From contig JAHJQN010000005.1 of assembly GCA_018819225.1 (NCBI GenBank), positions 47,168 through 111,167 of the forward strand: a stretch of 64,000 nucleotides of DNA, written 5' to 3'. A program made the translations under genes and the position numbers. Each line of letters opens with the position of its first letter. Position 1 is the first letter of the stretch. This DNA comes from Candidatus Micrarchaeota archaeon (GTDB taxonomy: Archaea > Micrarchaeota > Micrarchaeia > Norongarragalinales > SBBD01). The notes below the pieces were generated by a model. That model saw only the letters and a program-made list of their open reading frames with translations. It searched no databases and was not told the DNA's origin. Shown here piece by piece: positions 1 through 8,614 of this stretch.

Positions 1-344
1 ATGATCGGAATGTTTTCGTTGAACACGCGAATTTTTTCGTCGTTGCTGCGCATATCCCGCGAGTACACCATGCACGGGCCTTCCGCGTTCATGGAAAACG
101 TGACTTCAGCGTCGTCGGCAACGGATTCCTCCCAAGTCAGGGGAACGAGTCCGATGCGATTCGCCAAGTATTCGTTGAACATGGCGGAATTGTTTTCATA
201 GAAATCCACGCGATCAATCGCATAGCTCTCGAGCTCGGATAGCATCGTGCGACGCAATGCGTTCATCAAGCCGACGCGGGTCTTCTTGACGTGAAGCTGC
301 AGCTTAAAACCATCCTCTTTCAATACGTCCAACTGCATTTTCAT
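1..344 (-). CDS. rpoD: DNA-directed RNA polymerase subunit D (Rpo3), runs off window start
   Basis: Manual translation MKMQLDVLKEDG...NALRRTMLSELESYAIDRVDFYENNSAMFNEYLANRIGLVPL; follows S13-S4-S11; not in ORF track because truncated. Confidence 0.93.
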   Translation of the reverse strand, partial: MKMQLDVLKEDGFKLQLHVKKTRVGLMNALRRTMLSELESYAIDRVDFYENNSAMFNEYLANRIGLVPLTWEESVADDAEVTFSMNAEGPCMVYSRDMRSNDEKIRVFNENIPI

Positions 345-359
345 ATCCACCCATGCGTT

Positions 360-911
360 TTAAACTCGGCGACCCCTCTTTCCGCCGCGTCGTTTCGTGC
401 TGTCGGTTGGAACCGGAGTCACGTCTTCAATTTTTCCGATGCGTAGCCCGCTTCGCGCCAACGCTCGAATCGCGGCTTGGGCACCGCTTCCCGGCGTCTT
501 GGTTCGGTGTCCGCCGGGGGCGCGAACGCGAATATTTATGCCCACGAGTCCCCGTTCCTTGGCTTTCTCGGCGCACTTGAATGAGGCTTGCATCGCCGCG
601 TACGGAGAACCTTCTTCGCGGTCGTTCTTGACGACCATTCCTCCGCTCGCCACGGCAATGGTTTCGGCCCCGCTTAAGTCCGTGACCGTGATAATCGTGT
701 CGTTCTTGCTGCTGAAAATGTGGGCAACGCCCCACCGGCCTTCTTTCTGAATGTACTTGCGATCGAATCGGTCGCGAGAACTACCTGAACGACCGGAAAA
801 GCTTCGGCTCGATGCACTGGCGGGTCGCGTCGGCAGCGACGCACGCGAAGGGGCCGCGGTTTCCGGTTTAATGGGTTCTTTGATTGAATCGTCTTCGGCC
901 ATGAGGTTCAC
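360..911 (-). CDS. rps11: 30S ribosomal protein uS11 (with S/R-rich N-terminal extension)
   Basis: [37 protein letters not shown]-like C-terminal motif. Confidence 0.97.
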   Translation of the reverse strand: MNLMAEDDSIKEPIKPETAAPSRASLPTRPASASSRSFSGRSGSSRDRFDRKYIQKEGRWGVAHIFSSKNDTIITVTDLSGAETIAVASGGMVVKNDREEGSPYAAMQASFKCAEKAKERGLVGINIRVRAPGGHRTKTPGSGAQAAIRALARSGLRIGKIEDVTPVPTDSTKRRGGKRGRRV

Positions 912-1468
912 GCTGCAGTCTTTTCAAGTTGCTTCACGTCCGAAATGTCGGGAGTGAGAGGTTCGTCTTCTGGTTTCGGGACCGGTTCCACGTTGATTTT
1001 GTGTCCGTGCCAATTGATTTCATCTTCCTCCACGTATTTCACGAGGTAGGAAGGAGAAGAAATGCGCTTTCCTTTAACGGTCAAATGCCCGTGCGAAATG
1101 AATTGACGGCTTTGTTTGATGGTTTTCGCGAAATGTTTCTTGTGCGCAATGGTTTGCAATCTCCGATCGAGCACGTCTCGAACCGTCAATGAAAGCACGT
1201 CATCGAGCGTGGGGGTTTCTTTGCGAATCAGGAAGCCCTTCATGCGTTTGATCAACTGTTCTTTTCGGCGCTCCACATCCTTACCGCGCGCGGAAAGCAA
1301 TCGGCGGGCTTCACGGCGGATCTTTCGAAGTAACGTCTGCATTTTCCACAATTCTTTTGCGTTCTTTAAACCGTATTCCTCGCGCAGTTTGCTCTCGCTC
1401 TCGATTCGCTGCTTGTCCCACAGCCTACGCGGCTTCTCATATTGTTTTCGCAAGCGCTTGGCTCCCAT
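908..1468 (-). CDS. rps4: 30S ribosomal protein uS4
   Basis: [27 protein letters not shown] motifs; operon position. Confidence 0.97.
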   Translation of the reverse strand: MGAKRLRKQYEKPRRLWDKQRIESESKLREEYGLKNAKELWKMQTLLRKIRREARRLLSARGKDVERRKEQLIKRMKGFLIRKETPTLDDVLSLTVRDVLDRRLQTIAHKKHFAKTIKQSRQFISHGHLTVKGKRISSPSYLVKYVEEDEINWHGHKINVEPVPKPEDEPLTPDISDVKQLEKTAA

Positions 1469-1473
1469 TCAAC

Positions 1474-2058
1474 TCACTTCTTTTCCTTCTTCTCTTCGCC
1501 ACCCGCTGCGGCAGCCGCCTTTTGTTCCTTAATGGATTTGCGCAGGACGCCGACGGTCATTCCGCTTCGGCCGGTGGTCCGCGTGTGCTGGCCGCGCACT
1601 TTTTGGCCGAGGGAGTGTCTCCAGCCTCTCCACGAACGCATGTCCTTTTCTTTCTGCACATCGGTTCGGACGGCAAACACTAAATCGTTCATGAGCACGT
1701 GTTGGGCCCTGCCGGTTTCGGCCGATTTGCTTCGGTTCAACGAGAACTCGGGAATCCCGTGCTGGGAAGGCATTCTCAACATTTCATCAATTTTATCGAT
1801 CTGTTCGTCCGTCAAGTCCCCGCAACGCATTTGGAGCGGTAACTTCAATTCGTTTCGGATGACGCGTTCCATGGCATAAGCGAGATTGGATCCCACGCCG
1901 CGTACGCGCAATAGTCCTCGGTACAACAGCATGTGGCCGTCAACGTCCTTTCCGGCGATACGAATGACGCCTCGAAAATTCTCGTCCTCTGCCTTTTCGG
2001 GCTTCGCTTGCACGGAAGGCGCGCGCGGGCCTTTTTTCTTAAATTCTTTCTTCGCCAT
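1474..2058 (-). CDS. rps13: 30S ribosomal protein uS13
   Basis: SWRGWRHSLGQKVRGQHTRTTGR motif. Confidence 0.97.
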   Translation of the reverse strand: MAKKEFKKKGPRAPSVQAKPEKAEDENFRGVIRIAGKDVDGHMLLYRGLLRVRGVGSNLAYAMERVIRNELKLPLQMRCGDLTDEQIDKIDEMLRMPSQHGIPEFSLNRSKSAETGRAQHVLMNDLVFAVRTDVQKEKDMRSWRGWRHSLGQKVRGQHTRTTGRSGMTVGVLRKSIKEQKAAAAAGGEEKKEKK

Positions 2059-2077
2059 ACTTCATCAAAACATCAAG

Positions 2078-2297
2078 CGCCGGGACTGGGATTTACGCCC
2101 CTCTCTCTATTGGCGCGATCAACGCAATGGCTTTCTTCAGGGAATATACCATTCCCGGAAACAGCGTTTGAGGCAACCTCTTGAGTCAGAGGATTCGAAC
2201 CCAGGAGTCCTTGCGGACACCAGCTCTCCCACGTTTTCTGCCTGCTCGGGAGAAATACGTTTCCAGGCTGGCGCTTTAACCACTCAGCCATCCCGGC
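2078..2297 (-). tRNA. tRNA-Ser(GGA) with two introns: 37/38 (2226-2260, 35 nt) and T-loop 59/60 (about 2092-2193, 102 nt)
   Basis: GCCGGGA/TCCCGGC acceptor stem, CCAGC-CTGGAA..A-GCTGG anticodon arm, long variable arm GTCCGCAAGGAC, TTCGAA|TCCCAG after splicing; usual position upstream of S13. Confidence 0.9.
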
Positions 2298-2350
2298 ACG
2301 TGAACTAACATTCTTCCAACCTACCTTTATAAGGTTATCGACTCCCGGGC

Positions 2351-2794
2351 ATGAAAAAGCGATTTAAAGCCTGCGTCCGTTATTTTGACGTGGACCTCAA
2401 GGAAAAGGATATCCGGCTGAAAAAGCTGTGGAAAAAGTTGAACGACGCCCTATTAGTCGTGGAAGGAAAGCATGACGTAGCGGCTTTGAGGGAAGTGGGC
2501 GTGTACGCACCCGTGATCACCGCGAATGGAAAACCCGAGCGCATCGTCCAAAAAGTGATTGCGCAGGCGCGAGGTAAGCCCGTCGTATTATTGTTTGATT
2601 ACGATCGGGAAGGCACGCGCAAGACGCTGTTTTACAACGAATTATTTTTCGCGGAGGACTGCAACGCGGACCTGCAGCCGCACAAGCAGTTGAAACAACT
2701 GCTGCCGTTAAACACGATCGAGGATTTGCCGACGGCGTACTACGACGTGATGGAAGAGATTGCTCTCGAGAAACGCGTCCGAAAAAACGTTTAG
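2351..2794 (+). CDS. Toprim-domain protein (UPF0292 / RNase M5-like)
   Basis: VVEGKHD and LFDYDREG Toprim motifs. Confidence 0.85.
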   Translation: MKKRFKACVRYFDVDLKEKDIRLKKLWKKLNDALLVVEGKHDVAALREVGVYAPVITANGKPERIVQKVIAQARGKPVVLLFDYDREGTRKTLFYNELFFAEDCNADLQPHKQLKQLLPLNTIEDLPTAYYDVMEEIALEKRVRKNV

Positions 2795-3270
2795 AGAATG
2801 CGAATGACGCGACGCGCTTGCTCTCTGGAAAGCCCGAAAAACGTGACGGCAACGGATTCCCATTCCCGCGCACTGCGCTCGTCTTCCTTCGCCTGCGGTT
2901 CCGATACGAGAACGAACGCCGCATTCAAGCGCAAGCACAGCGAAAGAAATCGACGGTATTTATAGAGGCGGCGCGCGCGCGGACCGATAGGCAAATGCAA
3001 CAATGAAGTCAACGGTAATTCTATGGAAACCCGTGCTTCCTTGGCGAGTTGAACGAAACCGTTTTCCCGGTGAAATGAAGGCACGCGCGTTGGATTGACG
3101 GAGGCCGGATGGCGGCGTAGGGCTTCTTTCAGCCATTCGATGTGCTCGCTTTCCACGCGCGCGTGAGGGGGTAAGCGATGCACGTCCGCCCGCGATGTTA
3201 GAAATATTACACTATTTTTTTGGTGCACGCCAACCCCTTTTTTTCGCAGCGTCTTCGATGAGTCGCTCAA
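2791..3270 (-). CDS. Short/divergent RNase P protein subunit Rpp30-like; start uncertain
   Basis: AKEARVSIELPLTSLL...FVLVSEPQAKEDERSAREW...FGLS resembles the Rpp30 C-terminal half; near rpl15e as in other archaea. Confidence 0.6.
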   Translation of the reverse strand: MSDSSKTLRKKGVGVHQKNSVIFLTSRADVHRLPPHARVESEHIEWLKEALRRHPASVNPTRVPSFHRENGFVQLAKEARVSIELPLTSLLHLPIGPRARRLYKYRRFLSLCLRLNAAFVLVSEPQAKEDERSAREWESVAVTFFGLSREQARRVIRIL

Positions 3271-3841
3271 AGGCGCCGTGCCTCATGGATTCAAGCGTAT
3301 GATGAATTTCGGGATAAAACCGCCAATGGTTATGATGCGCCAGCGTTCCCAAAACAGCATTGAAGAAATCGTGAGAGTGCTTTGGACCCATATTCGAAAT
3401 GATGCTCAATGCTCGCTTTTTTTGAATAAGAGACCTTTGAGGTTCAAGCAGGGTTCGAAGAGCGGTTCCCGCGAATCGTGCGTCGGGTCCAAAACGTTTT
3501 AATGCCCTTTCCGCTTCGTGCTGCACCTGTTCATTGCCATATAATAAAATCCATCCAGCGCTGAGTGCGAGTCGTTGGTCTCCTAATGCTCGAATGGTGC
3601 GCGCTATTCGAACCACTTCCTCATGCTGGTGGTTGCGAATCATGGGAGCCATTAACCGATTAATCCTTTCATTGACTTGAAGAATACCGTGTTGTTCGAT
3701 TTCTCCACTCAGAAATTCTCGTGCATCCGCCAGTATTCTTCCAGTAATCCGGCGGGAATGCAATCGAGAATAGGATGCTTGAAGTCTCTCGGGAAGCTTC
3801 CGAATCCCGCTTAACGGTAAGTCAACAATACGGTCGTCCAT
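3212..3841 (-). CDS. Hypothetical protein (R/H-rich, helical)
   Basis: 209-aa ORF tightly packed between rpl15e and rpp30-like gene. Confidence 0.6.
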   Translation of the reverse strand: MDDRIVDLPLSGIRKLPERLQASYSRLHSRRITGRILADAREFLSGEIEQHGILQVNERINRLMAPMIRNHQHEEVVRIARTIRALGDQRLALSAGWILLYGNEQVQHEAERALKRFGPDARFAGTALRTLLEPQRSLIQKKRALSIISNMGPKHSHDFFNAVLGTLAHHNHWRFYPEIHHTLESMRHGAFERLIEDAAKKRGWRAPKK

Positions 3842-3847
3842 AACGCG

Positions 3848-4255
3848 TTATGCGTTGGGGATCTTTAAAATGACTTCGAAATACGCGTGCACGCCGTCCG
3901 ACCCCACTAAATAGGAATTGATGGGCACCATGTTTCGAAAACGTTTCCGCGCCTTTTGTTCCGCGTAATACGACATGGTTCGTCCCGGGTTCTGGAACTT
4001 GACGTTGCGGCCCGGCTTGCGTCCGAGGTCCGCCTTTCTTCGAGCGCGCTTGCCGCGGTGAATTTTCACGCGGGCAATGGCATAGCCCTTCTTCGCCTTG
4101 TAGCCTAAACTGCGCGCGCGGTAGGGGTTGGAAGGCTTTTCCGCCCGCTCAACGGTTTTCTCTTTCCGCCATTTCGCGAGTCGTTTTCGGAACGAGGGAA
4201 GGCGTTCGCCGTAGCTCTTAGAAAAAGAGTCCTGAACATGTCGATAAGCTCCCAT
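3848..4255 (-). CDS. rpl15e: 50S ribosomal protein eL15 (C-terminally short, 135 aa)
   Basis: RARSLGYKAKKGY, AEQKARKRFRNM..INSYLVG..YFEVIL. Confidence 0.95.
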   Translation of the reverse strand: MGAYRHVQDSFSKSYGERLPSFRKRLAKWRKEKTVERAEKPSNPYRARSLGYKAKKGYAIARVKIHRGKRARRKADLGRKPGRNVKFQNPGRTMSYYAEQKARKRFRNMVPINSYLVGSDGVHAYFEVILKIPNA

Positions 4256-4364
4256 TCTTCATCACCGTATTCTGGTCCCTGCGGATGGCAGGGAAATCCA
4301 ACATCCATCTACTAGTACGCAGGAAGCCATTTTTAACGCTTTTGGGATTGGATGAAGCCCTGCA

Positions 4365-5162
4365 TTAACGCCGGAGCACGCGGCGGAAGATGCGCCACAC
4401 GCGGCCGAAGAATCCTTCACGGGCATGCATGGGTTCCGTGCTCCCCGTAATAATGCCCACGCCTTCCTTGAGAACGCGCGCCGCAGGCGAAGAACCCTTG
4501 TAGAGTACGATGGGCGTTCGGGCGGCAATGCTTTCCGGAATCAAGTGATCTTCCGGAATCGAGAAAATAACAGGGACTTCCGCCATCGTCTCAATTTCCT
4601 TATTGGATAACTCGAACGGGGAACCCGTCGAGCGATTGACGACGATGCCGCGCACGCGCGTCTTCTTGTCCTGGCACAACGAAACCACTTTCGCTGCCGA
4701 TGTGGAGGAAGGCACATCCGGCGTCGTGATCACGATGACTTCATCGCACGTCTCCAGAATATATTCGACGTCGGACGTGATACCCGGAGGGGAGTCGACG
4801 ATGATGTAGTCGTAAGCCGTCATGCTCCACAACACGTTTTTCAAATTTTTCAAGCTCACGTCCGGATGGTACTTGAGACTCGCCGGAAGCACGCGGATGC
4901 CCGTTTGCGGTTGGACGACGACGGCTTCCGAAACCTTGTTCTTGCCCTGAAGGACTTCTTGAATTCCAACGGCGCCGTAAGATAACCCGAGGTGGAGTCC
5001 AGTCGACGGATTGCTCAAATCGCAATCGACGATAATGGAATTGCGGCCCATGCGCTTGAGAATCGCCGTCGTATTGACGGCTACAACGCTTTTTCCAACG
5101 CCTCCTTTACCGGATACGACCCCGATAATCTTATTCTTACGATTAGTGTTTGCAGCTGGCAT
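4365..5162 (-). CDS. minD: MinD/ParA-family ATPase
   Basis: SGKGGVGKS deviant Walker A, VDCD, IIVDSPPG, C-terminal amphipathic helix GFFGRVWRIFRR. Confidence 0.9.
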   Translation of the reverse strand: MPAANTNRKNKIIGVVSGKGGVGKSVVAVNTTAILKRMGRNSIIVDCDLSNPSTGLHLGLSYGAVGIQEVLQGKNKVSEAVVVQPQTGIRVLPASLKYHPDVSLKNLKNVLWSMTAYDYIIVDSPPGITSDVEYILETCDEVIVITTPDVPSSTSAAKVVSLCQDKKTRVRGIVVNRSTGSPFELSNKEIETMAEVPVIFSIPEDHLIPESIAARTPIVLYKGSSPAARVLKEGVGIITGSTEPMHAREGFFGRVWRIFRRVLRR

Positions 5163-5223
5163 ACCTCATTCTCCAAACACTAGACAACAAGCCCTTTTAA
5201 ATGAGTTTGGGCAAGTGGTTAAA

Positions 5224-6951
5224 CTACTCCATCATTTGCTTGAGTTGCCCCAAATAATCGGAGCGGTCTTGCCGGAACTGTTTGCGGGCATGCGCATCAT
5301 CGCGTTTTTTGCGGAAGGAAACGAACATGGCGGCCGCCGCCACAATCGAAACACCGATGATGGCCGCGACCTCCGGTGGAAAACGCGCGATCAACGTGCT
5401 CACGGAATCGTCTTCGCGTTTGCGCACTTGAACGGGCGTGCTTTTCGCATTCAAACCGTCTTCGGTAAACAAACGGAACGTGAACAAGTGCGACCCCGCG
5501 CTTCCAACGGGCGGGGTGACCCGGAAACCAAACCGCGTAATGCCTCTCGGGAGCAATGGTTTTTGGATTTCCAAGGGCTGTAATTCAAAATCAACGGGCA
5601 CTTCCAGCGCGGCTTGCACGTGCAGCGGTTGAATCCCGGAATAAAACACGTCAACCGCCACTTCCCCTTCTTCCCCCTCGAATAATTCGGGGGCGAACAA
5701 TCCTTTGACTTCCACGAATTCCAAGAGGCGCAACTTTTCCTGCGTGACCGCTACCTGGTCGGTCTGCCAATCCACGTACGTGGAATACGTGGGGAGGACA
5801 AGGGGAAGGACGTACGTGGCGTACGCGATTTCGTTGGGATTCAAATTCAAAAACTCCCATCGAACCTTTAACGGCCGTTCTTGAATGATTTCTCCGGGTT
5901 TATCGAGAAAACGAATGTCTTGCGAGGTCACATCCATGAGAGTGGGAATGGATTCGTAGACGTTGACGACGGGTATGGCTTTCGTGCCCAGATTGCGCAC
6001 GTTGAGCGCGACCGTGGTTTCGCGCGCGAGCCGATCAATGCGGATGTGTCGCAATACGACGGGGTAGGGGTATTCGCGCGGAAAGCTCTTGACGCGCAAT
6101 ACCATGTATTCAATCGTAGGGCGCGTGCTATGAACCTCTAATTTCAGTAAATAATCGCCGGCCAACGCGTAATTCGGAACGGATAAACCGAAATTGATGA
6201 TGCGTTCTTCTCCGGGGCGTAACGTCGTTTCCTTGGGCTGGAACGATACCCAGGATTCGGAAGTCCCGGTCACGAGCAAGCGAATGGTTTTCTCGGTTCC
6301 GCCGTCGTTGCGAATCGTAAAGGATTCGAATGCGCTCGTGCCCGCCAAGAGCTCTCTGAGAACCGTGTGGCGCAAGAACTTGATGTCCCCTTCAACGGGA
6401 ATGATTTCATCCGGCAGGGGTTTCGGGGGCGTGAAATTATCGGTGGGCGGAATGAAAAATCCTCCGGACGAGCCACCCCCTCCCGGGGATTGCGGAGGAG
6501 GAGTCACCGGCGGATTCACGACGGAAAAGCATTCAGAAAACACTTCGCTTTGGTTCGCGTAATCGTCGTAATACGCGGTGGCGTTCGCGCAGTATATGCC
6601 GATGGGAAGCGTGCCCGTGCTCCAGCTCTTGATGAGAATCACTTGCGAAAAACGCGAGATGAGCGTCGGCGAGTAATTGAACGAGTCCACGAGGTCATCC
6701 GTCGTGTTGAAGATGAGGACTTCCGCGGTCGCGTTCGCTTGAACGGTTCCGTTGTTGTAAAGCGTGAGAACGAAGTCGCCGCTGGCCCCTGAATAAATGG
6801 GATCGGGAGCTACGGTCAGGTTTTGGATCGTGACGTTCGTGTAATTAGGCAAGTCGGACCGGAACCACGTCAGCGTGTCCGCGTAATCGGCGTGAGCGAG
6901 ACTACTCAATAAGAAAAGAATAAAAAATAAAAAAAAGGTTTCATGGCTCAC
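5224..6951 (-). CDS. Secreted Ig-like (CARDB/NEW3-type) protein with C-terminal TM anchor; candidate pilus base
   Basis: Probable GTG start overlapping upstream TGA; signal FFLFFILFLLSSLAHA; beta-rich repeats; PPP/GGGGSSGG linker; TM plus basic tail. Confidence 0.75.
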   Translation of the reverse strand: MSHETFFLFFILFLLSSLAHADYADTLTWFRSDLPNYTNVTIQNLTVAPDPIYSGASGDFVLTLYNNGTVQANATAEVLIFNTTDDLVDSFNYSPTLISRFSQVILIKSWSTGTLPIGIYCANATAYYDDYANQSEVFSECFSVVNPPVTPPPQSPGGGGSSGGFFIPPTDNFTPPKPLPDEIIPVEGDIKFLRHTVLRELLAGTSAFESFTIRNDGGTEKTIRLLVTGTSESWVSFQPKETTLRPGEERIINFGLSVPNYALAGDYLLKLEVHSTRPTIEYMVLRVKSFPREYPYPVVLRHIRIDRLARETTVALNVRNLGTKAIPVVNVYESIPTLMDVTSQDIRFLDKPGEIIQERPLKVRWEFLNLNPNEIAYATYVLPLVLPTYSTYVDWQTDQVAVTQEKLRLLEFVEVKGLFAPELFEGEEGEVAVDVFYSGIQPLHVQAALEVPVDFELQPLEIQKPLLPRGITRFGFRVTPPVGSAGSHLFTFRLFTEDGLNAKSTPVQVRKREDDSVSTLIARFPPEVAAIIGVSIVAAAAMFVSFRKKRDDAHARKQFRQDRSDYLGQLKQMME

Positions 6952-7907
6952 GTGACCTCGAAGAACATCGTGTACCATGTTTGTCCGATGCTTCCGCCTC
7001 CCGTGCCGATGTAGTCCAGTTTGTACTTGTAGAACCATTCATCGTTCTTCGCCCCGGACGGCGGCGTGATGTTGATTCCGACGATGTATCGGCCGGGTTT
7101 CACGTCCTTAGCCCTTACTTTAACCGTAATCTTTTGGGTCCAACCCGATTGGAAGACGGGAAATGCCGGTTCCAGCAAGACGTCTACCGGATCCACTGAA
7201 ACGTCAAAGTACTTTTTGGTTTCCTCGGGGTCGACGTCGACGGTACGCGTGCCATCCGCGAACTCGCTTAACTTGAGCTCGCCGTGCGGCGGGTATTCAA
7301 CCGAGAAGGCCATGCCCTGATAGGTCTGCACGAGCCACGTGGAATGGATGAAGAAATGCGTTTCGTATTCGTCGTTTCGTCTGGATAGCACGATGACTTC
7401 GCTCGGGAACGTTCCGTAACCGACTGCGGCCCAGCGGTCCGTCGGAGGATACTGGTACAATTTGCACCCGCTTTCATCGAACATGGGATACCATTCGGGC
7501 TGTTTCCAATAATTTTCCCCGAAATAGTTGGTGTCCGAAATTTTTCCGAGGTGGAACAACAGCTTTTGGACGTAGAAATCTTCAGGGAACGGAGGGACCT
7601 CGGCATACACTTGGGGAGGCAAGTCGCATCGCCGCTTGGCGATCTCGAACGGATCTTCCTGGTATTGCTGCAGGCGAACCATCAAGTCCGGGTACTTGGT
7701 CCAGAACGGATCCTCGGTCGGCGTCGGGGTTGTGGCCACTGTTATGGCCGTTGGAATGATTGTAGGCACCGGAGCCGGAGGAGCAAACGCGTCCTGCAAC
7801 GGTCCCAAGAAATACAGTGCGAGCACCGCGATCACGGCCAATCCAATCCACACTTCCTTGCCCATTTTCTTTCCGTGATGCGACGTGCTATGAGGCTTCT
7901 TCTTCAT
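6948..7907 (-). CDS. N-terminally membrane-anchored extracellular protein
   Basis: Basic N-terminus, TM WIGLAVIAVLALYFL, PT linker, aromatic-rich body. Confidence 0.75.
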   Translation of the reverse strand: MKKKPHSTSHHGKKMGKEVWIGLAVIAVLALYFLGPLQDAFAPPAPVPTIIPTAITVATTPTPTEDPFWTKYPDLMVRLQQYQEDPFEIAKRRCDLPPQVYAEVPPFPEDFYVQKLLFHLGKISDTNYFGENYWKQPEWYPMFDESGCKLYQYPPTDRWAAVGYGTFPSEVIVLSRRNDEYETHFFIHSTWLVQTYQGMAFSVEYPPHGELKLSEFADGTRTVDVDPEETKKYFDVSVDPVDVLLEPAFPVFQSGWTQKITVKVRAKDVKPGRYIVGINITPPSGAKNDEWFYKYKLDYIGTGGGSIGQTWYTMFFEVT

Positions 7908-7927
7908 GATCTTTCCCCCTCTTATGC

Positions 7928-8536
7928 TTAGTTCGCGTTCGTGCTGTTGTGCGTGATCAAACGCTGTTCCACGAGACCGGATACGGACGTGAAGTTCGCG
8001 TACAACGTCACGTTAATCGAACAACATGCGGGTGAAGCCGTGGTATTGAGTTCCTGGAAAATCATTGCTTCCATGGAATTGTTCAACGGAATCTCTGGAC
8101 CAATAGTTACCGCGTTGTTACCCACTCCACTTGCAGAACTGTTCACGCCCACCGTAATACCCGATGGAAGCGATGAATTGAATATGAGCGTCATGCTGAG
8201 ATTCACGTTTCCGGCATTCGTGTACTGGAAAATAGGTACCGCTGCTCCGGCTTGACACGAACCGCCGAATGCGGTGGTCAAACACGGTTCGACTCGCGTG
8301 CACGTTCCGGTGACGCAGGTAAAGTTAATGTCTGCAGTTGCGGGGCCGGGATCGGATGCACTCGAAGCATTCGCTTCACCGGCTCCCAACGGTAATGTAA
8401 TCGTGAAACCCGTGTCCACCGGGACATTGAAGATGACGGCGGTATTCGCCCATTCCGCTAACGGCATGGCAGCCAACGCAATAAATGCGGCAACAAAAAC
8501 AATCAAGCGAAAGTGTTTCCAAACCATTGCGTCCAC
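7928..8536 (-). CDS. Small secreted Cys-containing beta protein; candidate major fimbrial subunit
   Basis: Signal peptide, many NxS/T sequons, homology to the C-terminus of the 8615-13174 protein. Confidence 0.75.
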   Translation of the reverse strand: MDAMVWKHFRLIVFVAAFIALAAMPLAEWANTAVIFNVPVDTGFTITLPLGAGEANASSASDPGPATADINFTCVTGTCTRVEPCLTTAFGGSCQAGAAVPIFQYTNAGNVNLSMTLIFNSSLPSGITVGVNSSASGVGNNAVTIGPEIPLNNSMEAMIFQELNTTASPACCSINVTLYANFTSVSGLVEQRLITHNSTNAN

Positions 8537-8614
8537 CTTTTAATTATACGAAGCGGGGATATGAATCCGTGACGTTTAAGGCCTATATAAAGCTTTCTGC
8601 GAGGGAAAAAATAA

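Noticed and set aside
2073-2291. 72-aa ORF, and the 42303 start of the 202-aa ORF
   Set aside because: Both overlap intron-containing tRNA genes
6920-6936. Poly-T tract as a phase-variation switch in the anchor gene
   Set aside because: The run is short and explained by Phe/Leu codons of the signal peptide
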